NCBI RefSeq assembly: GCF_050943655.1
Contig: NZ_JBMNPQ010000001.1
Coordinates: forward strand, 15,238-79,237
DNA from: Peptoniphilus sp.
GTDB taxonomy: Bacteria > Bacillota > Clostridia > Tissierellales > Peptoniphilaceae
Direction of reading: 5' to 3'
DNA length: 64,000 nt
Part shown: positions 60,309 through 64,000 of the stretch, piece after piece
Position numbering within the stretch: position 1 is the first letter of the stretch
How the letters are laid out: each line of letters starts with the position of its first letter
The notes under the pieces: model-generated
What the model saw: only the letters and a program-made list of their open reading frames with translations
Database searches by the model: none
What the model was told of the DNA's origin: nothing
Position numbers and translations under genes: made by a program

Positions 60309-61376
60309 ATGAAAAAAATTAAAATAGCTTTTTTGGCATTTCTTTTAATTTTTGTAACGGGCTGTTCTAAAAAAGAGGCCAAGGTCGAAAGATATACGTC
60401 TCAATTTTATGAAACTTTTGACACAGTTGTTGATGTTACTATATATTCTGATGACGAGAACTTTGCCATAGAAAATTTAAAATATACAGAAGATAGGTTT
60501 AAAGAGCTTTCAATGCTCTTTGACAATTACAAGAGTTATCCGAACCTTGCAAATGTAAAAACTATAAATGAAAACGCAGGGATAAAACCAGTTGTAGTTG
60601 ATGATGTTTTATACGAACTTATTAAAGAATCTATTGATAACTATCACAATTATTCAAAGAAGAACAACATTGCTCTTGGACCAGTGATTGATACATGGAA
60701 CGCATATAGGGATCTTTATGACGAAGGAAGGACAAAGGAAGAAGTAAAAGCAGTTACAGGCTCATACATTCCAGATAAAGAGATGCTCGAGGGCTTTAAA
60801 AATGATTTGAATGTTGATAATATAAAGCTAGATGATGAGGAGAAATCTGTATACATTGACAGTGGAATGAAAATAGATCTTGGGGCGACAGCAAAGGGAT
60901 ATGCCACTGAGCTTGTTGCAAAAGAGCTTGAAGAAAGGGGCGTTAAGTCCTGTATAATTTCAGCTGGTGGAAATGTTAGAGTAATTGGAGAGCCAGGAGA
61001 CGGACGAGACACATATAAGATTGGCATCCAAAACCCAGATCTTTCAAGTTCAAATAAAGCAATTGCTGTAATGAGACTTAAGGGCGATGTGGCAGCTGTT
61101 ACAAGTGGAGATTATCAGAGATTTTTTGAAGTAGACGGAGTGAGATACCCTCACATAATTGATCCAGACACACTTGAGCCTTCACACAGAATAAAGTCTC
61201 TTACTGTAATAAATAAAGACTCAGCTCTTGCTGACTTTTTGTCAACAGCAGGATTTAACTCAACCAATGAAGAGATAGAAAAGTTATCGATTCTCACAGA
61301 CTCTGGAATAATTTGGGTCGATGAAAAGGGCGATCTTCACTACACAAAGAACGCAGAAGAGTATTTAGAAAAATAG
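60309..61376 (+). CDS. apbE: FAD:protein FMN transferase lipoprotein
   Basis: Lipobox VTGC, IDLGATAKG, TSGDYQRFF and HIIDP motifs. Confidence 0.92.
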   Translation: MKKIKIAFLAFLLIFVTGCSKKEAKVERYTSQFYETFDTVVDVTIYSDDENFAIENLKYTEDRFKELSMLFDNYKSYPNLANVKTINENAGIKPVVVDDVLYELIKESIDNYHNYSKKNNIALGPVIDTWNAYRDLYDEGRTKEEVKAVTGSYIPDKEMLEGFKNDLNVDNIKLDDEEKSVYIDSGMKIDLGATAKGYATELVAKELEERGVKSCIISAGGNVRVIGEPGDGRDTYKIGIQNPDLSSSNKAIAVMRLKGDVAAVTSGDYQRFFEVDGVRYPHIIDPDTLEPSHRIKSLTVINKDSALADFLSTAGFNSTNEEIEKLSILTDSGIIWVDEKGDLHYTKNAEEYLEK

Positions 61377-61383
61377 GTGCATA

Positions 61384-61902
61384 ATGAGAAACAACACTCG
61401 CGGATTAATTTTTCACTTTTTAATTGTCGCAATAGTTTTTGCAATTTCTTTTGTAATTAACTTAAGCGAAAGTGTGAGAAATTTAGTTTATGGAAATTTA
61501 ATATTTAAAATCGTATTTGTATTCTTGATAGTGCTCTTGTACTACAATTTTGGCAAGGGACTTTCTAAAAAGAATGCAAAGTCACTGGATTTTTTTGCAG
61601 GTAATTTGATTTTTTTAATTGGAATAATTCTATTTGCCTTTGCATTTTTGGGAATGGGAATGGACTTTTTTGATAAACCAATTGGATCATCTTATTGGAA
61701 GTTTCCAGTGGAGCTCTTTCTAATGCCACAGGTTTATGCGATAAAAGTTTTGGGCATAGATTATAATATACTTAGCTTTTTAGTATCTGCTCTTATTCCT
61801 GGGTTTATTTATGGATTTAGCATAAAAAATTCTAGAAACAAGATGATGAGGCGAAAGAGACAGATGAGAAACAGAAAAAATTCACCAAATAGGAGGGTGT
61901 AG
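61384..61902 (+). CDS. Hypothetical membrane protein with a basic C-terminal tail
   Basis: About 4 TM segments and an AGGTG RBS, within the apbE-pgpA run. Confidence 0.75.
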   Translation: MRNNTRGLIFHFLIVAIVFAISFVINLSESVRNLVYGNLIFKIVFVFLIVLLYYNFGKGLSKKNAKSLDFFAGNLIFLIGIILFAFAFLGMGMDFFDKPIGSSYWKFPVELFLMPQVYAIKVLGIDYNILSFLVSALIPGFIYGFSIKNSRNKMMRRKRQMRNRKNSPNRRV

Positions 61903-62397
61903 ATGTATAAATATAATTCCGAAGAACTTTATGAATACACTGTCGAAAAACTAAGAGGTGTTGGAGTTGAACTAGAAGAGATTGCAGAAATAGTTCAGGA
62001 ACTTCAAAAACCTTATATACCTGATCTTTCATTAGACAGATGTTTGGAAAGTGTAAAGAGTGTAATCTCAAAAAGAGAATCTATTCACGCGATACTAACA
62101 GGTCTTGCAATCGACGAGATGTGCGAGAAGAATCTACTTGATGAACCTCTTCAATCAATTATCTATGACGATGAAGGTCTATATGGAATTGATGAGATAT
62201 TGCCACTTGGCATAATAAATATGTATGGCACAATTGGACTTACAAATTTTGGTTATCTCGACAAGAAAAAAATTGGCGTAATCGACGAACTCGACAAGAA
62301 AAAGAGGACTGACAAAGTCACAACTTTTGCCGACGACTTAATCGCTGCAATAGCAGCTGCAGCAGCTGCAAGAATTGCACACTCAAATCAAAAATAA
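61903..62397 (+). CDS. pgpA: Phosphatidylglycerophosphatase A family (YutG-like)
   Basis: YGIDEIL, YGTIGLTNFGYLDK and FADDLIAAIAA motifs. Confidence 0.85.
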   Translation: MYKYNSEELYEYTVEKLRGVGVELEEIAEIVQELQKPYIPDLSLDRCLESVKSVISKRESIHAILTGLAIDEMCEKNLLDEPLQSIIYDDEGLYGIDEILPLGIINMYGTIGLTNFGYLDKKKIGVIDELDKKKRTDKVTTFADDLIAAIAAAAAARIAHSNQK

Positions 62398-62399
62398 AT

Positions 62400-62640
62400 T
62401 AGCTCCCTTCGAGGAGTTTTAGATTCTCGACAAAGCTCAAAAAATCTTATCTCATTACAGAAATTGGAAAGGTTCATGCTTTTGCAAATCTGAAAATCAC
62501 AAACTCGCTTACGCTCAAACAGTGTGATTTTTATGCGTTTGCTTCAAGTTGAACTTTCTACAATTTCTTCCATAGGATAAGATTTTTTTAGAGCTTTGTT
62601 ACTTTGTCATCAGTCTGTAGCTCCCTTTGGGGAGTTTTTT
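62400..62640. repeat. 170-nt imperfect palindrome (62430-62599) flanked by two direct copies of a terminator hairpin
   Basis: Arms ACAAAGCTC-AAAAAATCTTATC...GATAAGATTTTTT-AGAGCTTTGT. TAGCTCCCTT(C/T)G(A/G)GGAGTTTT at 62400 and 62618. Confidence 0.75.
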
Positions 62641-62751
62641 ATTTTTTAAAGAGTAAAACTCTACTCCTACAATTAAAACCAAGTAAAGTCTTAGGTTTTA
62701 AATTTTCTTAAGTTAAGATTAAATATAAAATATTGTTCCATTAGTATAGAT

Positions 62752-62794
62752 TGTGAAGATAATCACAAAATGATTGAAGAAAGCTTAGTATAAT
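62752..62794 (+). promoter_or_regulatory. TGTGA-N6-TCACA box plus -10 upstream of the ferredoxin-hydrogenase operon
   Basis: TGTGA-AGATAA-TCACA at 62752-62767, 21 nt before TATAAT (62789-62794). Confidence 0.65.
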
Positions 62795-62830
62795 GTTAAA
62801 CTAACTATATAGAAATCTTTAGGAGGCAAT

Positions 62831-63112
62831 ATGAAAGTAACTATATGTATGGGAGCAAGATGTACCTTGATGGGTGCAAATGCTATTTATGATGCAGTAG
62901 AGTATTTACAAGAGCAACTTTGTGGACCAGACTCAGAACTTTGCTCTGCGGAAAATTTAGAGGTTGAATTTGCACATTGCATGAACTATTGCAAGAGTCA
63001 CGAAATTAACCAGGCCTCACCTGTTGTAATCGTCGATGACGAGATTATGTTTAAAGCAACAGCACAAGAGGTCAGTGAGAAAATACTTAACAAACTAAGA
63101 ATAGATAAATAA
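62831..63112 (+). CDS. Thioredoxin-like [2Fe-2S] ferredoxin (NuoE-like)
   Basis: C-x4-C and C-x3-C motifs (CMGARC, CMNYC). Confidence 0.8.
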   Translation: MKVTICMGARCTLMGANAIYDAVEYLQEQLCGPDSELCSAENLEVEFAHCMNYCKSHEINQASPVVIVDDEIMFKATAQEVSEKILNKLRIDK

Positions 63113-63131
63113 AAAGATTGAGGAAGAAACG

Positions 63132-64000
63132 ATGAAAGAAATTTATGGTACTCTTGTAGATATTAGGAGAAAAGTTTTTGCTGAAGTAGCACGAATTGCT
63201 TATAACGATTTAGATATATCTGCACTTGAAGACTCAAGCTATAGAATTGTGCCAGGTGAGGTTGCAAAATATAGAGGAGATATATTTAGAGAAAGAGCAG
63301 TCGTAGACGAAAGACTAAGGCTTGCAATGGGCCTTGATGTTAGAGAGATTGGTGTATTTAAAAAGATAACTGACGGATTCGACAAGGTTGATATTGACAC
63401 AAACGCATACGAAAAACCACTTATAAACGTAATTAAATTTGCCTGCGAAGCCTGTCCAGAAAAATCTTACTATACTACAAATAATTGTAGAAATTGCCTA
63501 GCTCACCCTTGTACAAATGTGTGTCCAGTTAACGCCATATCAATGGGTAAACACGGATCAATAATTGATGATGAAAAATGTATAAGATGCGGAAGATGTA
63601 AAGACGCATGTCCATATAGCGCAATAGTAATGTATGAGAGACCTTGCGCAGCAGCTTGTGGAGTTAACGCAATTGGTTCAGATACATATAACCGTGCAGA
63701 TATTGATCAAGACAAGTGTGTGGCTTGTGGAAGATGTATTGCAGAATGTCCATTCGGAGCAATATCTGATAAGACACAGATTTTCCAACTTATAAAAGCA
63801 ATTAAATCAGGCAAAAGAGTATATGGGGCAATAGCACCATCATATATTGGACAGTTTGGTATGACAACAAGTCCTGAACAAATAATAGAAGCAATTAAGA
63901 TGCTTGGATTTGTGGATGTAATTGAAGTTGCACTTGGAGCAGACTTAACAACTCTACACGAAGCAAAAGAATACTTGGAAAGAGTTCCAGAGGACATTCC
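63132..64000 (+). CDS. [FeFe]-hydrogenase, group B-like (3' end beyond the window; not in the ORF track)
   Basis: My translation from ATG 63132 gives RKVFAEVAR...IKFACEACP...CRNCLAHPCTNVCP...CIRCGRCKDACP...CVACGRCIAECPFGAI...AIAPS...EVALGAD: multiple 4Fe-4S motifs, then the start of the H-cluster domain. Confidence 0.88.
   Translation, partial: MKEIYGTLVDIRRKVFAEVARIAYNDLDISALEDSSYRIVPGEVAKYRGDIFRERAVVDERLRLAMGLDVREIGVFKKITDGFDKVDIDTNAYEKPLINVIKFACEACPEKSYYTTNNCRNCLAHPCTNVCPVNAISMGKHGSIIDDEKCIRCGRCKDACPYSAIVMYERPCAAACGVNAIGSDTYNRADIDQDKCVACGRCIAECPFGAISDKTQIFQLIKAIKSGKRVYGAIAPSYIGQFGMTTSPEQIIEAIKMLGFVDVIEVALGADLTTLHEAKEYLERVPEDI

Noticed and set aside
2-63997. Numerous antisense or out-of-frame ORFs in the track that overlap real genes (e.g. 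449-817, 8740-9024, 10424-10978, 19350-19742, 42242-42601, 57125-57613, 63707-63997)
   Set aside because: Shadow ORFs of well-supported genes, with no RBS or domain signature.
1-64000. Prophage, IS transposase, integrase, rRNA or tRNA genes
   Set aside because: No recognisable motifs found by eye. A cognate transposase for the repeats, if one exists, must lie outside this window.

Overview
AT-rich anaerobic Firmicute chromosome segment, most likely Peptoniphilus or a close Peptoniphilaceae relative, because the NAD-glutamate dehydrogenase closely resembles my recollection of the Peptoniphilus asaccharolyticus enzyme. It holds about 45 mostly housekeeping or metabolic CDS: csaB, gdh, purF-purL, queK plus an ECF S component, cbpA-clpB, dnaE-pfkA-pyk, ric-fprA with a Crp/Fnr regulator, murJ, pxpABC, acyl-CoA dehydrogenase-etfBA, mnmH, apbE, pgpA and a 3'-truncated group B [FeFe]-hydrogenase. 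I saw no rRNA, tRNA, CRISPR, prophage or transposase. The most striking non-genic content is four intergenic clusters (1.2-1.9 kb each, about 9% of the window) of roughly 40 CGTC-tagged palindromic repeats. Their stems covary, their hairpin interiors are interchangeable modules, and their spacing follows strict rules: 104-106 nt within inverted pairs, 46-50 nt head-to-tail and mostly 79-86 nt back-to-back. Other notable items are a preQ1-I riboswitch queuosine-salvage operon with no adjacent queL, a candidate leader-peptide attenuator before purF, and an SLH surface-protein gene split at an A-AAA-AAG/A8 tract. There is also a candidate sRNA, an orphan antitoxin, shared operator-like boxes (WalR-like, Crp-like, Rex-like, CIRCE plus CtsR) and a 170-nt palindrome flanked by a duplicated terminator. 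All spacings were counted by eye and should be recomputed.
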